Positions 12,703 through 27,957 of a stretch of DNA of 64,000 nt are shown here, piece after piece. The DNA lies in contig NC_043003.1 in the NCBI RefSeq assembly GCF_006345805.1, positions 65,100,001-65,164,000 on the forward strand. Reading direction: 5' to 3'. A program made the position numbers and the translations under genes. The notes under the pieces are model-generated. The model saw only the letters and a list, made by a program, of their open reading frames with translations, was not told where the DNA came from and did not search any database. Each line of letters begins with the position of its first letter. The stretch's first letter is position 1. This DNA is from Octopus sinensis (lineage: Eukaryota).

Positions 12703-14479
12703 ATATACGTATACACACACAAAGTATAAATACCTTTATGCAGATATACAGTCACATATAGCGTGTGTATTGTACAGTTCTGAAACAGTACAGAGTAATA
12801 CACAAAATATGAGTAGATTCTCCTAAACATACCAATCTGTATTTCGAGAAACAACATAAGCATTTTACCAAACGGTGATTACCAAGCCTGTGGACGAACA
12901 TCATCGCAGTCGATTGCGCTGGAAAGTGTTATGAAATTTTATCTCGATTTTTCCACGAATATTGTTTCATCAGACGGTGTAGCAAGAGACAGCTCCCCAT
13001 GATGTCTTATAATAAATACATATGGTTGCATTGGAGTTGATATGGCCAAAGTGCACAAGGGCAAGAAATGACCCCTTTCATCAAGGTATGAAAATATCTC
13101 CAGTGTGATCTACATGAAAAAAATGTGGGGCGCCCTGGACAGAAAGGAAAGACTCTGATGACCAAAGATAGATTGTGATTAGCGATGGGTTTGCTCGATC
13201 GGGCTGGTGTTCTTTTATCCTCTTAATTGTGTGTCGATCATTTGACTGCGGCCATGCTGGAGCACCGCCTAAACCGAACAAAAGAATCTTACGGCTCAAA
13301 GGACAGAGTTGATATTGCTAGGGTTTAAACGCTGAATGTTTCTCAATGGCGCAAATGCTTTTATACACTACTCCATTGTTTCTCTCAATACGACGTCCTG
13401 AATTGTAACGACGATAATAAATTCTGACATAGGCTTCACAATTCTAATTTAGGGGAATTGGTGTGGCTGATTATATCGTCATGAAGAAGGTTAAAGTTCA
13501 TACCGTAGGGATTTGAAATCAGAACATAAATGAATACAACTACATACCGAAAGACTCTTTGTACAATGCTCTCGTAAATCTACATTTCAACATCCGCCTT
13601 ATTGGTAATAATAATGGATCCTAATTTAGGTACACGACCAATAATTTTTAGGGGAGATACCATCGACTCCACTATTTCACTGACACTTTAACGACCTCAG
13701 AAGGATGAAGTACAATGTTAAGCTTGGTGAGATTTGAACTGTGAACGTAACCGGATATCACTAATTAGCGCAAAGTGCTTAACCCTTTGCTATATTAATT
13801 ATGTTCGTTAATTGCCTTCAGAACTATCAATTAACCCTCTTCACAACTCAGAACGAAACGGGACCTAACTAAAAATATATTGTGCCGTTAGTACACTCTC
13901 TACTATCCTCTCATAATGTGTGAGATTATAACTATCATTTTTAGCTCTGATATGATGCTATACACGTCAGAAGTGTCGTAGAGTGGAATTAGATTACTCT
14001 AGTGTTTAATGAAATGCATTCACAATCTTGCGGTCGTGAGTTCGATCTTTGGAGCAGGAGGCACATTGTGATCATGAGCTAGGCTCTCATTTCACATTGT
14101 TCCATTCCATTCCACTAGAAATAAGTAATTCTACGACAGTTTGGCGTCCCATTCAGTGGGAATTGTGTGATACCGATCCCTTACACACTATAAAAACAAG
14201 ATAACCACCCTATGAGTCCTCGGCGGAATTTGAACTCAGAACGTAAAAACGGACGAAACGCCGCTAAGCATTAGCACCCATCCCGGTAACGATTCTGCCA
14301 GCTCACTACCTTACCAAAAATCTAAATGATATATTTTTTAACCATTTCATTTCAAAAGCATAATGGCTTGTGACTGGACACTGGCAAGGCATTCTATTCG
14401 AAACTTCCGCCTTTTCCGATACCATTTACAATTTAATGGGATGTAAAAAAAATTTGATTATCTGTTTCTTAAGAGGAAC

Positions 14480-14591
14480 ATAGGCTTGGCTTGGCTGTTT
14501 GGTTAAGAATGTTACTTCACACCCGTGACCAAGTGGTTTCGGGTTCCATTCCACTGCGTGGCGTCTTGGCTTATGGAAACTGTGTAGAAGT

Positions 14592-14668
<77 letters not shown>

Positions 14669-14705
14669 ATGTGTGTGTATGTATGTATGTATGTATGTGT
14701 GTGTT

Positions 14706-14736
<31 letters not shown>

Positions 14737-15009
14737 GTGTATGTATATATATTAGGCTCATGGCTCAGTTGTTAGAGCATCAGTATCACAATCATGAGGT
14801 AGTGAGTTCGATAGACGGACCGGGTTGTGTATTGTGTTCTTTATTTCACGTTACTCCAATTCACTCAGCTGTAGAAATGAGTTGCGGCGTCACTGGTGCC
14901 AAGTTGCATCGTCGTTTGCCTGGACTTGTGTCTCGGAGGTGAACTTTTTAGATGCAATCCCGTGGTCATTCGTAACCAAAATGGGTCTTTACCATTTTAC
15001 ACACACACA

Positions 15010-15080
<71 letters not shown>

Positions 15081-15096
15081 ACAACGCACACACACA

Positions 15097-15145
<49 letters not shown>

Positions 15146-15335
15146 ATCTTTGTATTATCCACCCCACCGCTTGATAACCGACGTTGATTCGTTTACGTTC
15201 TCGTAGTCTAGCGGGTCGGCATGCACCGGATATAAAAATAGGTACTGAGATAGAATTGTTTTACTAAAATCCTGCAAGGCTGTGCCCCAAGCATGGTCGC
15301 ATTTCAGTTACTGAGACAAGGTACAATAGAAGAAT
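14480..15335 (+). mobile_element. Decayed S1 SINE with a second tRNA-SINE (14752-14998) nested in its internal microsatellite
   Basis: S1-like head 14480-14597 and tail 15140-15335. The nested element has A box TGGCTCAGTTG, B box GAGTTCGATA and a CORE-like cactcagctgtagaaatgagt segment. Confidence 0.65.
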
Positions 15336-15485
15336 ATTTCATTCGTGTCTCGTACTTATTGGCAACTATTCTCTCTGTGGTGAGATGATTTCTTTACTCA
15401 CGGAATGTGAAAACTAAATGGAAAGATTTAACTTTTCACAAATCTCAGTATATTGCCAACGAGACAGCGGAGATATTTGGAAAGT

Positions 15486-15492
15486 AATGATG

Positions 15493-15586
<94 letters not shown>

Positions 15587-15644
15587 GAAGAAGAAGAAGA
15601 AGAAGAAGAAGAACAATAATAATAAGAAGAACAATAACAATAAG
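15486..15644 (+). repeat. (AAT)n then (AAG)n microsatellite; upstream target flank of the Dong element
   Basis: Directly visible. Confidence 0.95.
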
Positions 15645-18600
15645 AAGAAGAACACCGGGGGACGTTTAAGAAGAACACCGGGGGACGTTTAAGAACACCG
15701 GGGGACGTTTAAGAAGAACACCGGGGGACGTTTAAGAGAGAACACCAGAGGACGTTTAAGAAGAACATCGGGGTACGTTTAAGATGTAAGAACGATACAA
15801 CAGAGCTCTGAAATCTATCCACAAACATCGAAAACAAGGACATCGTATGAAACCAAAGATTTACTAACAAAGGATTGGACTGTACCCGAGTAAGTAATGC
15901 TCATTAAAATTTATTACTATTTTCGAAACGAAATGATGTATTTTGACTCGATATCATCTCCACCTCTAACACAACACATGTAAACATGCGTGAAACAGTA
16001 CGATCAATCAACACCAGATCATCCCCGACCCCAAACACCATGTACAAAGGAACTACGAAGAAATTGAATACCACCGATATTATTCAACCCAAGAATAACA
16101 ATCGGGAGGTACATACCTTAAACTTACAACACAAAATGTACGAAAAACTACACGTGCAAAACAATGTGACAACAGAAATAAACGGACCGGTACCCTACGA
16201 AAATGACGACCGTCAAAATAATAGGCCGGACGTTGTTCCTCATGTCCCGCAGATAAAACCCAAAAGACATAAATGGACATGTGAGGAATACATTTCTATC
16301 CTACACGCATACTTCACAGCAGTGCTCTACCCCAAAAATGAAAACACAACAACACATACATATAAAATATGGAAGGAAAATAACATAAATATAGACTTGG
16401 ATACAGCAATGAACCCTAATAAAATAGATAACGTATGAAGATACATTCTCAAAGCAAAAAAAAATATCAGAAATAGAAATAGAACATCTAAAAGAAAAAA
16501 TACACTAGGAAAATGTAGATAGAAGCCACACAACGACGCCCATTAATATAAACACTGAAACAGTAAAACACGAAGACAAACGTAACATTCCCAACAAACA
16601 TGATATAAATAAAAAACAACAAACCCAGACCGTAAGGATGCATAATAATACACGACAAACAGCAAGCCAAAATACGGCAAACAAACATATAAATAAGAAA
16701 GAAAGCGACACAAATATAAAACCTAGAGACAACAAAAGGGAGCCTAATGATTATAATAATATAAAAAGTAAAATAATCAAAGAAATGAAAACCGCAGAGC
16801 TCAAAATGGACCACCGACCATATCTCCCAAAAATCAAAATAAACGAAACAACAACACCAATTATAAACAGCATACACCTAGCTGTCACTGAACTAATAGC
16901 CACTGAAACAAAAAGCGATATCACTAAGCTAAATGACTTAGTATACGCAGCAGCCACTGCAGCCACAAAAGAAGCTGGATACTCACTCAAACCCATCCAA
17001 ACAGGAGTACCACCACCAAAACAAACCCTGTGGATAAATAACATCCAAAACAAAATACAAAAAATGAGAAAAGATATGTCGATTCTTAATGAAATCAGTA
17101 GACAATCAACGCTACTGAGCAACAAAAAGAAAACAAAAATACTCCGCAAATATAACATCACAGAAAAAGATTTACCTGAGATAAAAGAAAAGCTGAAGCA
17201 AGATATCCTTGCCAAAGCACAAAGGATCCGCCGGTACGAGAAACGCCAGCGCTTCTTTGAACAAAACAAAAAGTTCAACTCCAACCCCAAAAAGTTCTAC
17301 CAAGAACTTGGTAAAAATGAAATAGAAATCATTGCAGCACCAACGGCAGAAGAAGTGGAAGAATTCTGGAGAGAAATATGGTCGGCGAACGAACAACCAA
17401 AAAAAAAAAGGCGTATCAAAACAACAAACTCAGCATCTGAGCAACTTTGGACCCCCATAACAACTGAAGAGGTCGCCCAGGCACTGCAAAGACTAAGCAA
17501 CTGGAAGGCACCTGGGCATGACAAGATCCCCAACTTCTGGTTGAAATATCTAACAGGAATGCACAAAAAGCTGGCTGAAAACTTTAACAGCATGCTAGCA
17601 GAGCCAGAGACAATGCCTGAATGGCTCACGAAGGGGAAAACCATCTTAATTCCCAAATCAAATGAGACAGCAAAACCAGAAAACTATAGACCAATAACAT
17701 GTCTCACTACAATATACAAAGCATTTACTGCAGTGATAACGCAAAGGTTGAACAAGCACCTGGACGAAAACAACCTGTTTCCAGAAGAGCAGAAAGGATG
17801 CCGCAAAGGCTCATATGGCTGTAAAGATTAACTAATGATTAATAAAGCCATAACTGAAGACAGCACAGAAAGAAGAAAGGCCTCAGTATGGCCTGGATCG
17901 ATTACAAAAAGGCGTTTGATAGCATCCCCACACATGGATCCTCGAAACACTACCATTAACAAAGTAGCACCAACCTTATAAAATTCATAGGGCACTCTAT
18001 GAATAAATGGCAAACCGTGCTACAGCTCCAAACAAAAGAGGGACTCATGAAAACCAAAACCATCCTCATTAGAAGAGGAATATTCCAGGGAGACACTCTC
18101 TCTCCACTCCTTTTCTGCTTGGCACTGTCACCTCTATCTGATATGCTAAATAGAACTGGATGCGGATATAAATGTTACGGCAAAACGATCAGCCACCTTT
18201 TATATATGGATGACCTAAAACTATACGCTGCAAATGACAAACAGCTGGAAACACTATTAAAGACAGTTCATGGATTTACCAAAGAAATAGATATGAAATT
18301 TGGATTAGAAAAATGCGCCAAAGTAACCATGAAAAGAGGAAAACTAGTTAAGAGTAACAACATCACACTAGATAAAACCAATGAAATAAAAGAATTAGAC
18401 CGAAGCCAAACTTACAAATACTTAGGAATCCATGAACTAGATAAGACACAACACACACAAATGAAGAGAAAATAAAGAAAGAATATTATAGACGAGTTAG
18501 ATCAATACTAAAACAGAGCTCAATGCTAAAAACAAGATAATAGGTATTAACACTTTAGCTGTCCCAGTTATAAGTTACAGCTACAATATCCTTAACTGGA

Positions 18601-19860
18601 CACTAAATGAACTGACCAAAATAGATAGGAAAACAAGAAAAATAATGACAGGATCTAGGATGCATCACCCAAAATCTGACATAGAAAGACTATATATACA
18701 ACGTATAGAAGGTGGTAGAGGCCTTATACAACTGGAAAACTACTATAAAATAACCACCATAGGACTGCAAAAATATCTACTTCAGAAGGAAGGAAATCTG
18801 ATACAAATAGCGGCAAAACACAAGCAAAACAAAAAAACTGTTTTCAGTATTTAAGGAAGCTGACAAATACAAACAAGAAATCATACCACCTAATAAATAT
18901 GAAAAAGAAGAAGAAGAAAATGAAGAAACAACAAAAGCTATAAAACAAATGAAATCCAAACTAAAAACAGAACAGCAACGAACCATGATAAAATGATGGC
19001 AAGAAAAGCCCTTGATGGTAAATACTGGACTAAACTAAACGCAAAAGAAATAGACAAAGAAAAATCCCAGCAATGGTTGAGAAGCTCAGGACTCAAATCA
19101 GAGACAGAGGGATTTTTAATTGCAGCACAAGACCAAAGCCTCCCCACTAGAAATTACCAAAAACATGTAATGAAAAGAAATATAACAAGTAACTGCAGAA
19201 TATGTGAAGAAGGACAAGAAACAATAAATCATATTATCTCTGGCTGCCCAGTCCTGGCTAAGAAGGAATATATTCACAGACATGACAGAGTTGGAACCTA
19301 CATACACTGGAAGCTATGCCAACATTATGGAATAACAACAGAAAATAGATGGTATAGGCACACACCAGAAAAGGTCACAGAAAACGAGAAAGCAACCATA
19401 CTCTGGGATATGCCGATACACACAGATAGAGAAATTAAGGCCAACAGACCAGATATAGTTGTCAGAGATCATGAAGAAAAAATGCTTTCTAATTGATGTA
19501 TCAATACCGGCAGATGACAACGTGTCTCTAAAAGAAATGGAGAGAAACTTTGAAAATACAAAGACCTGGAAATAGAGGTAACTAGAATGGGAATCTAAAA
19601 ACAGAAACAATTCCTATCATAGTAGGTGCTTAGGCATGATAAAAAAAATATTCAGACAAATACATAACAAAAACACCAGGACTTACAAACACATATAACA
19701 TACAGAAAATTGCACTACTAGGCACTGCACACATCCTACGCAGAACACTTTCCATACAATAACCTTCAGAGCATCACAACAAATCACAGCACATACCTAA
19801 GGCACACAGAGCTGCGCTCGGTAGTGAAGTGAAAGCACGCTATAAAAAATAAAAACTGAA
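15645..19860 (+). mobile_element. Near full-length R4/Dong-clade non-LTR retrotransposon (subfamily A) inserted in (TAA)n
   Basis: 5' tandem repeats, a single long broken ORF with RT, CCHC and RLE domains, a ~100-bp 3' UTR, and (AAT)n on both flanks. Confidence 0.93.
15986..19762 (+). pseudogene. Disrupted RT-endonuclease polyprotein of the Dong element
   Basis: Ordered motifs across ORF fragments: KRHKW..EE, WKAPGHDKIPNFWLK, NYRPITCL, EEQKGC, AWIDYKKAFDS, GIFQGDTLSP, YMDDLKLYA, YKYLG, CRICEEGQETINHIISGC (zinc knuckle), RPDIV (PD-D/ExK nuclease). Several stops and frameshifts. Confidence 0.92.
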
Positions 19861-19872
19861 TGAATAATAATA

Positions 19873-19962
<90 letters not shown>

Positions 19963-19993
19963 TAATAATATAATAATAATAATAATAATAATA

Positions 19994-20824
19994 TTAGCCT
20001 TAATACCTCCCTCAAAACTGCTCAATGACGCGCAGTACGAGTATAAAATGTTTGATAAAAATATAAATCATCTCATTTACATGGATGATTTAAAGCTTTT
20101 TGCAAAAAATGACCAACAACTCAAGGGCTTACTAGCGATAGTCAAACAATTCAGTGACGACATCAGAATGCAATTCGGCCTCGATAAATGTTTAAAAGCT
20201 ACCTTTATCAAAGGAAAAATGACAGAAACATCTAACGTTAACCTTGACCAGCAGAATATCATAAAAGAACTAGACCCAGTGGAGAGATACAAGTACCTAG
20301 GGGTAATTGAAGGGAACGGAATAAGGCATTCAGAGATGAAGGAAAGGATCAGTAGAGATTGTTATCGAAGATTGAGAGCAATACTCAAGACAGAGCTGAA
20401 TGCAAGAAACAGGATCGAAGCGATCAATGCATTAGCCATACCAGTCGTGACTTACAGTTTCAATATCGTTAACTGGTCAATTACTGAAATATGTCAGCTC
20501 GACAGAAAAATAAGAAAACTGTTGACAATGCATAGAATGCACCACCCTAAGGCAGATACAGAACGACTTTATCTGCCAAGAAAAGAGGGAGGCCGTGGAC
20601 TTTTGCAACTGGCAATAACAATGAAGATTGCTACAATTGGCCTAGACACCTACCAGAAAAAGTCTGAGGACTGGATGTTAAAACTTGTCTCAAAACATGA
20701 AAACAAGAAAGCATCATACTCAGTAACAAAACAGGCAAAGGAATATCTAAGTGAATTCCGAATACAACAAATTTCGGAATTAGAGATAGACATACAAGAA
20801 ACAAGCACAGAAAAAGCTAGGCGC

Positions 20825-20826
<2 letters not shown>
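19994..20826 (+). pseudogene. Dong-clade RT fragment from a different subfamily (B)
   Basis: Uninterrupted frame HLIYMDDLKLFAK...FGLDKC...YKYLG...MHHPKADTERLYLPRKEGGRGL, clearly diverged from subfamily A. (AAT)n on both sides. Confidence 0.9.
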
Positions 20827-20922
<96 letters not shown>

Positions 20923-21185
20923 AAGAAGAAGAAGAAGAAGAAGAAAAAGGAGAAAATTAATAAGAAAAGGTGGAGAAGGGAAAGAGGGGGAGGTGGAGGA
21001 AAAGAAGAGAAAAAGGAAGAGGAAAGGGGGAGAGAAGAAAAGAAGATGAAAAATTGGGAAGAAAGGGAAAAAACAGAAAAGATTGCAGCAGTCGTGTGGA
21101 GTTTCTTAGTTTTTCAACCATGATTAAATTGACGAAAGAAAAATAAAAGCGACAAAAGACTAACATATATAAACGAGATAGTAAA

Positions 21186-22008
<823 letters not shown>

Positions 22009-22038
22009 TGCTTGTTCCCCACATATATATATTCTCAC

Positions 22039-22140
22039 CATATGTTCCATTATATTTTCTGACAGTTCATCATGCATTCTAACAAGCAGCAGAGGAAACT
22101 TTCGCTTTAGCTTTTCATGACCTCGCTTGTCAACATCCAT
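22039..22140 (-). CDS. Candidate 102-nt coding exon, product unknown
   Basis: Minus strand tcattcctaaatAG|ATG...ATG|GTGAGA, open frame MDVDKRGHEKLKRKFPLLLVRMHDELSENIMEHM. A complex-sequence island between microsatellites; no family recognised. Confidence 0.35.
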
Positions 22141-22809
22141 CTATTTAGGAATGATTGAGTTCATCTGTACGTTTTGTGTTTCTGTGAACGTGAGCATGTG
22201 TGTGTGCTTGTTTGTGAATGTTTGTGTTTGTGTGTGCGCGCATGTGTGTGTGTGTGTGTGTGTGTATGTTTGAGCATTTATGAATGTGTGTATATGCTCA
22301 TATGTGCTTGTTTGTAAGAGCGCTTGCACGGTCGTGTTTGTGACGCCGTGTGACTCCATTGCATTTAAATGTGTCTCTTTCTTGTGTGTATATTTTATGA
22401 GTTCACTGCTGATTTAAGATGCATATCCATCCATCCAACCAACCATACATGCATACATACAGACATTCATCCATTGATCAATTCACCCATCCATCTGTAC
22501 ACACACACACACACACACATGCACACACACGCACGCACACACACATAGGTAAAGTCGAAATTTGATTCGGAGAATAAAACGGAACTCACGATAAGCGCTA
22601 CAGCTGAGAAACTGGGTATCTGGCCACACGGTAATTAAATTACGACATAAATTAACTGAATTTTACAACTGAAAATTCCACATGCATGAACAGTAATATT
22701 TTCACTGAATAATATACAAAAAAGAAACTGTTGGAGGCAAAAAAAGAAAAATTTAAGGATTTAATATTTCTGTAATGTTTACAGCTGTTTCATAATTTAC
22801 TTCATATTA

Positions 22810-23145
22810 CATCGTGAACTTCGATGCATATATATATATGCCCAATTCAGGAACCCAACATATAAGTACACTGCGACATAATTTCTTTTCTTCAACAGGC
22901 CCTGCCTTGTTTAACATTGTCCGAAAACTGATTAAAGAGGAAAAGGATCCCATCACCTTTAAACGGAGTCTGGACAGTTTTCTTCAAGGAATATCAGACA
23001 AGCCACCCATACCTGGATACAACTCACTCAATACTTAAATGGACCATAAACAAAACTTGACTTAAAGAGGATTTAGATAATCGTATCAGGCTGTGTTATT
23101 AAGTTAGACATAGACTGGACCAATCTTTGGTCGAAACATCTAAGT
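22810..23145 (+). mobile_element. CR1-clade LINE 3' fragment
   Basis: TLRHNFFSSTGPALFN...FKRSLDSFLQGISDKPPIPGY resembles the C-terminus of invertebrate CR1 ORF2. Confidence 0.7.
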
Positions 23146-23368
23146 TTTTTTATCTAATTTATATATATGTTATATCTATATATATATATATATTATATAA
23201 TATATATATTATATATATAATTATATATATATATAATATATAGACGGAGCATAAATACGTTAAGGTGACCTGACGCACACAACACACACATATATATATT
23301 TACAAACGTAATATAGGCATATGGTGTAGGTATATAAATATATATATATAATATATATATATATATAT

Positions 23369-23400
<32 letters not shown>

Positions 23401-24236
23401 GTGTTGTGTATGTATGTGTGTGTACATGTACATGCCTACATATAGCATACAGACATATATATATATATAAACGAATTTAGAATTAAAGTCTTTCACAGTA
23501 AAGAATTCGTGTAGCTGCAGTATTTTGACCAAGACAGTAGCGCTACCTTCAATGGTGTTCTTAGAAGAATTGAAGATTTATATATCGTATAGTAATATAT
23601 ATATATATGTATGCGTGTGTGTGTGTATGTGTGTATGTGTGTATGTGAGTGTAGGTGCGTGTGTGTGTGTATGTGTGTATGTGAGTGTAGGTGCGTGTGT
23701 GTGTTTGAAAATATAGCCGCCGTATGGTACGTAATGTCCTGATAATATGGACCTTACGCAGGTTTAATGATGTAAAGTGATTCAGTAAGAATCATAGATT
23801 TATCCACAACTTTACTACTTCTGGTGCATTGATGAAGAAAATACGCAAGCTTCCATCAATTAATAAGGGCTATAAACACTTTAAATCAGCACAAGACGTA
23901 ATATAGGTCTCTGGTGAGATGAGCTTAAACTGACCAACGGTTTCTGATGGTTTTCCAGTAATTCTTTTAAAGACATTGAAAGATGCCTGGTAAAACTACT
24001 GCGAGTCATTTTCCAGAGATTCACTGCACAGGACGAACTTCCTAAAAGAGTGTATAATTTGCTTTTTTTTTTTATAAAACCGGGAGCTGAGTTGGTGGTA
24101 AAAAATAGAGACTCATTTCTAGCCTCACATATCAGCTTAGCCATGAAAAGCATTCAAAGAAGAAAACCACCCAATGGCATGCAACACAGCTTCCGTCCAT
24201 AAAGCCTTACACAGTTACCCTAACATTGCGACTAGT

Positions 24237-24390
24237 TGGAGGCGCAATGGCCCAGTGGTTTGAGCAGCGGACTCGTGGTCATAGGATCGCGGTTTCAATT
24301 CCCAGATCGGTCGTTGTGAGTGTTTATTGAGCGAAAACATCTGAAGCTCCACGAGGCTCCGGCGGGGGTTGGTGGCGAACCCTGCCGGAG
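24237..24390 (+). mobile_element. SINE S3 5' fragment (body A)
   Basis: TGGAGGCGCAATGGCCCAGTGG...GGTTTCAATTCCC; homologous to 1250-1400. Confidence 0.85.
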
Positions 24391-24681
24391 TTCTTGGACC
24401 ACCCTTGAGTCTCTCAGACATGCCCGATCACTGTCAATCAATCTTACTAGCTACGCTTATTATACAAGAGAATCAGACGCTGTCAAATACCCAGATGCGA
24501 ACACAAAACCGCTGATAACTCTGACCGTGATATACAAGTGGGGTAAAGTGGCGAGCTGGCAGAACCGTCAAGACACCGGGAAAAATACTCTGTGACATTT
24601 CATCCGTCTCTACGTTCTGAGTTCAGATTCCGCCGAGGGTTGACTTTGTGTTTCATCTTGGGTGGGATCTATAAAATATGT

Positions 24682-24910
24682 GTTTCTTTATTACCCACAA
24701 GGGGCTAAACATAGAGGGGTCAAACAAGGACAGACAAACGAATTAAGTCGATTACATCGACCCCAGTGTGTAACTGGTACTTAATTTATCGACCCCGAAA
24801 GGATGAAAGGCTAAGTCGACCTCGGCGGAATTTGAACTCAGAACGTAGCGGCAGACGAAATACGGCTACGCATTTCGCCCGGCGTGCTAACGTTTCTGCC
24901 AGCTCGCCGC
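24682..24910 (-). mobile_element. Young S2 SINE nested in an older, opposite-strand S2 copy (24545-25003)
   Basis: TSD CTATAAAATATGT at 24669-24681 and 24911-24923. Confidence 0.9.
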
Positions 24911-25232
24911 CTATAAAATATGTACCAGTCATTTACCGGGAGGGATGTAATCGACTAACTACCTCTCTCGAAATTGCTGGCTTGTGCCAAAATTTGAAAC
25001 CAATTTATAATTGGGTTAAAGACAACAAAATACAGTTCAATGTTGAGAGATTTGAAGTGCTTCGCTAGAAACCCACAAACCAATTGACATCATAATACAC
25101 GGGGACAGTAGGTTTGCAATCACAGGGTCCCTATGTGTGTGTCATCTTGAAATCCACATGAGTAATGACGCATCATTCCGTTTGCATATTAATAAGATGG
25201 CGACAAAGTGCTAGTGTCTGTCTGGCTGGCTG

Positions 25233-25302
<70 letters not shown>

Positions 25303-25831
25303 ATCGATCAATGTATTTATCTGTTTGCGTATCTATATACATATATATACACACATAAACCTACATAGTTATACAGTTATACACACATACATACAGTCAT
25401 GTACACATACGTACAAACATGCATAAACACACACACACACACGCACGCGCGCACATAACAGTTTGTGATGCTCAGGAAAAGAATGACGATTTAGTGCTTG
25501 AAATGTGTGTGTATATCTGTGCCAGCATGGATATCTTTGTGATCACATATACACAAGTACACGCAAAATACATGACACATTGCCTTGGCGTCCATTTGGT
25601 CAATCTGACGATCACCTAGAACTGATGCGATGCTTCTTGTCAAAGCAATTTCAGAAACTACACTTGAAAGTCAATTTGCCAGTCACATCAGTAAATAATA
25701 TCACTATTCGATATTTTCTTCATCGTGCTGAATGCTGGTGTTAAAGTAGTTTGAGGGCCATGATAAATTGCAAATGCAAAGACAGATGTACATATGTAGT
25801 TAAGGCGCGTGCGCTCTTGTGAGTGTGTGTC

Positions 25832-25874
<43 letters not shown>

Positions 25875-26016
25875 GAAAAATTGAGAGAGAAAGAGAGCGC
25901 GAGTGTGCATGTATGTGTGTGTGTGTCTGTGTGTATTATGAGACAAAAAACGTCAACTTATGTATAGTCACATTCAGATATATCTGTCTGTCTGTCTGTG
26001 TGTCTGTCTGTTTCTT

Positions 26017-26047
<31 letters not shown>

Positions 26048-26086
26048 GTACGTATGTATGTATGTATGCATATATGTATTTATGTG

Positions 26087-26119
<33 letters not shown>

Positions 26120-26542
26120 GCTTACCTATGTATATACATTTACAAACATCCACGCATACGCACGCACATATTGTGAGAGAGAGATGACAGATGAAAGATA
26201 TGTAAGATATATAAATGTCCATCGTAAAATAAGCACGAATTACAAGGAAGCACAGATACCGAGCTACCGTGACAAGTGGGCCAGAAACCTCATTCAAATC
26301 ATTCATCGAAAGCCAGCGGATATTTGAGAGGTGATCCATAGAGAAGGTGAAATGGAAGTGTGTAATAAAGAATAGAATCAATACCAAATGAAAGTCAGGA
26401 TGAGGGGCAAAGGTTCGAAATACAATGCAGGAAAAATGTGACGGACGTATTTCTTGTAGACTCCCATAAAATTTACCACAGAAATGAAGAAATGAGTATC
26501 GCCGTACAGATATGCAAAGCACAGAGAATACATTTATACATA

Positions 26543-26866
26543 AAGGTGCGTGGCTTGATGGTTAGGGTATTCGGCTCGCGATTGTAGGGTCGTGATTTCG
26601 ATTCACGGAGGTGCGCTGTGTCCGTGAGCAAGGCACTTAATTTCACGTTGCTGCAGTCCACTCAGCTGGCGAAAATGAATAGTGCCTGTATTTCAAGGGG
26701 CCAGCCATGTCACATTCTGTCTCACGCAGAATCTCCCTGAGAAGCATGTGAATGGGTGGGTACGCACGTCGGTGGAGTGGTGAGCCACTTGCAAGTTAAT
26801 CCTACGAGCAAGTTCTTCCATTGATCAGGTCAATTGGAACCCTCGTTGTCGTAAGCGACAGAGTGA
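26543..26866 (+). mobile_element. SINE S3 (CORE-like body B + tail X)
   Basis: tRNA-like head, then gtgtccgtgagcaaggcacttaatttcacgttgctgcagtccactcagctggcgaaaatg, which resembles the CORE domain. Tail shared with 1020-1200. Confidence 0.8.
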
Positions 26867-26870
26867 CAGT

Positions 26871-26925
<55 letters not shown>

Positions 26926-26939
26926 TATATATATAATAT

Positions 26940-27156
26940 ATTTGTTTCAGTAATTTCACTGCGGCCATCCTGGAGCACTGCCTTTTGTCGAAAAGTCGAC
27001 CCCAGGATTTTATCCTTGTAAGCCGAGTACTTATTCTCTCGGCTTCTTTTGCCGAACCACAAGTTATGGGAACGTAAGCCACACCAACATCAGTGGTCAA
27101 GCAATGGTAGGGGTACAAACATGCCCCCCCCCATATTATATATATATATATATATA

Positions 27157-27223
<67 letters not shown>

Positions 27224-27260
27224 TTCTTTCAGTTTCTGTACCAAATCCACTCACAAGGCC
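26940..27260 (-). mobile_element. SINE S1, 5'-truncated
   Basis: S1 tail, internal microsatellite and the accaaatccactcacaagg motif. Confidence 0.8.
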
Positions 27261-27914
27261 TGAGGCTGGACAAACTGCTTCACGCCATTCCGTCCGTCTC
27301 TATGTTCTGATTGACTTTGCCTTTCATCCGTTGGCACTCGATAAAACAAGTACCAGATGATCACTGAGCTCGATCTAATCGACTTGAGCCCACCCTCATA
27401 ATTGCTGGCCTTGTTCAAAATTTCGCAACCAATACATACCTGTATGTTCGTGCGCGTATGACTGTGTATCTCTGTGTGTATATGTCTATGTGCTTTCGTA
27501 TATATTATGTATGCGAGGATATGGTGTATCTATGCATGTTTGTGTACATATATTTGATAGGTAACAGTAATAATAGTGCTTGAGATGTTGGATACATGCT
27601 TATAGGCACACAGAAAGTCTCACACAAACACATATATTAATGAATAGAGCAACGTTGCGTGTTGTTTATAAAATGAAGTTTTCAAAATGGTGGTGGTAGG
27701 AAATGGCAGCCATATTATTACGTTTCACATGTTCTTTCAAATAGAGGTTTGAGAAAGAATCAACAGAAAATATTTTCATCGGAGTTACAACACCTGATGC
27801 AGTTAGATCAACACAAACATGCACACACACACACACACACACACGCTCATACACACACATTCTTATATTCGGACACATACAAAGGTATGTACATAAATAA
27901 GTTATATGTATGTA

Positions 27915-27957
<43 letters not shown>

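Larger units (their letters stand above)
23880..25215 (+). mobile_element. Old CR1-clade RT remnant interrupted by three SINEs
   Basis: Decayed motifs GSDGFPVILLK, QHSFRP, LTSYA, IYNWVKDNKIQFNVERFEVLR and HMSNDASFRLHINK occur in colinear order. Confidence 0.7.

Noticed and set aside
15645-15780. CRISPR-like short direct repeats
   Set aside because: The units are contiguous with no unique spacers, the context is eukaryotic and there are no cas genes.
16638-17831. 397-aa ORF as a stand-alone gene or a prokaryotic retron/DGR reverse transcriptase
   Set aside because: It is one fragment of the broken Dong polyprotein, with colinear non-LTR RT, zinc knuckle and RLE motifs.
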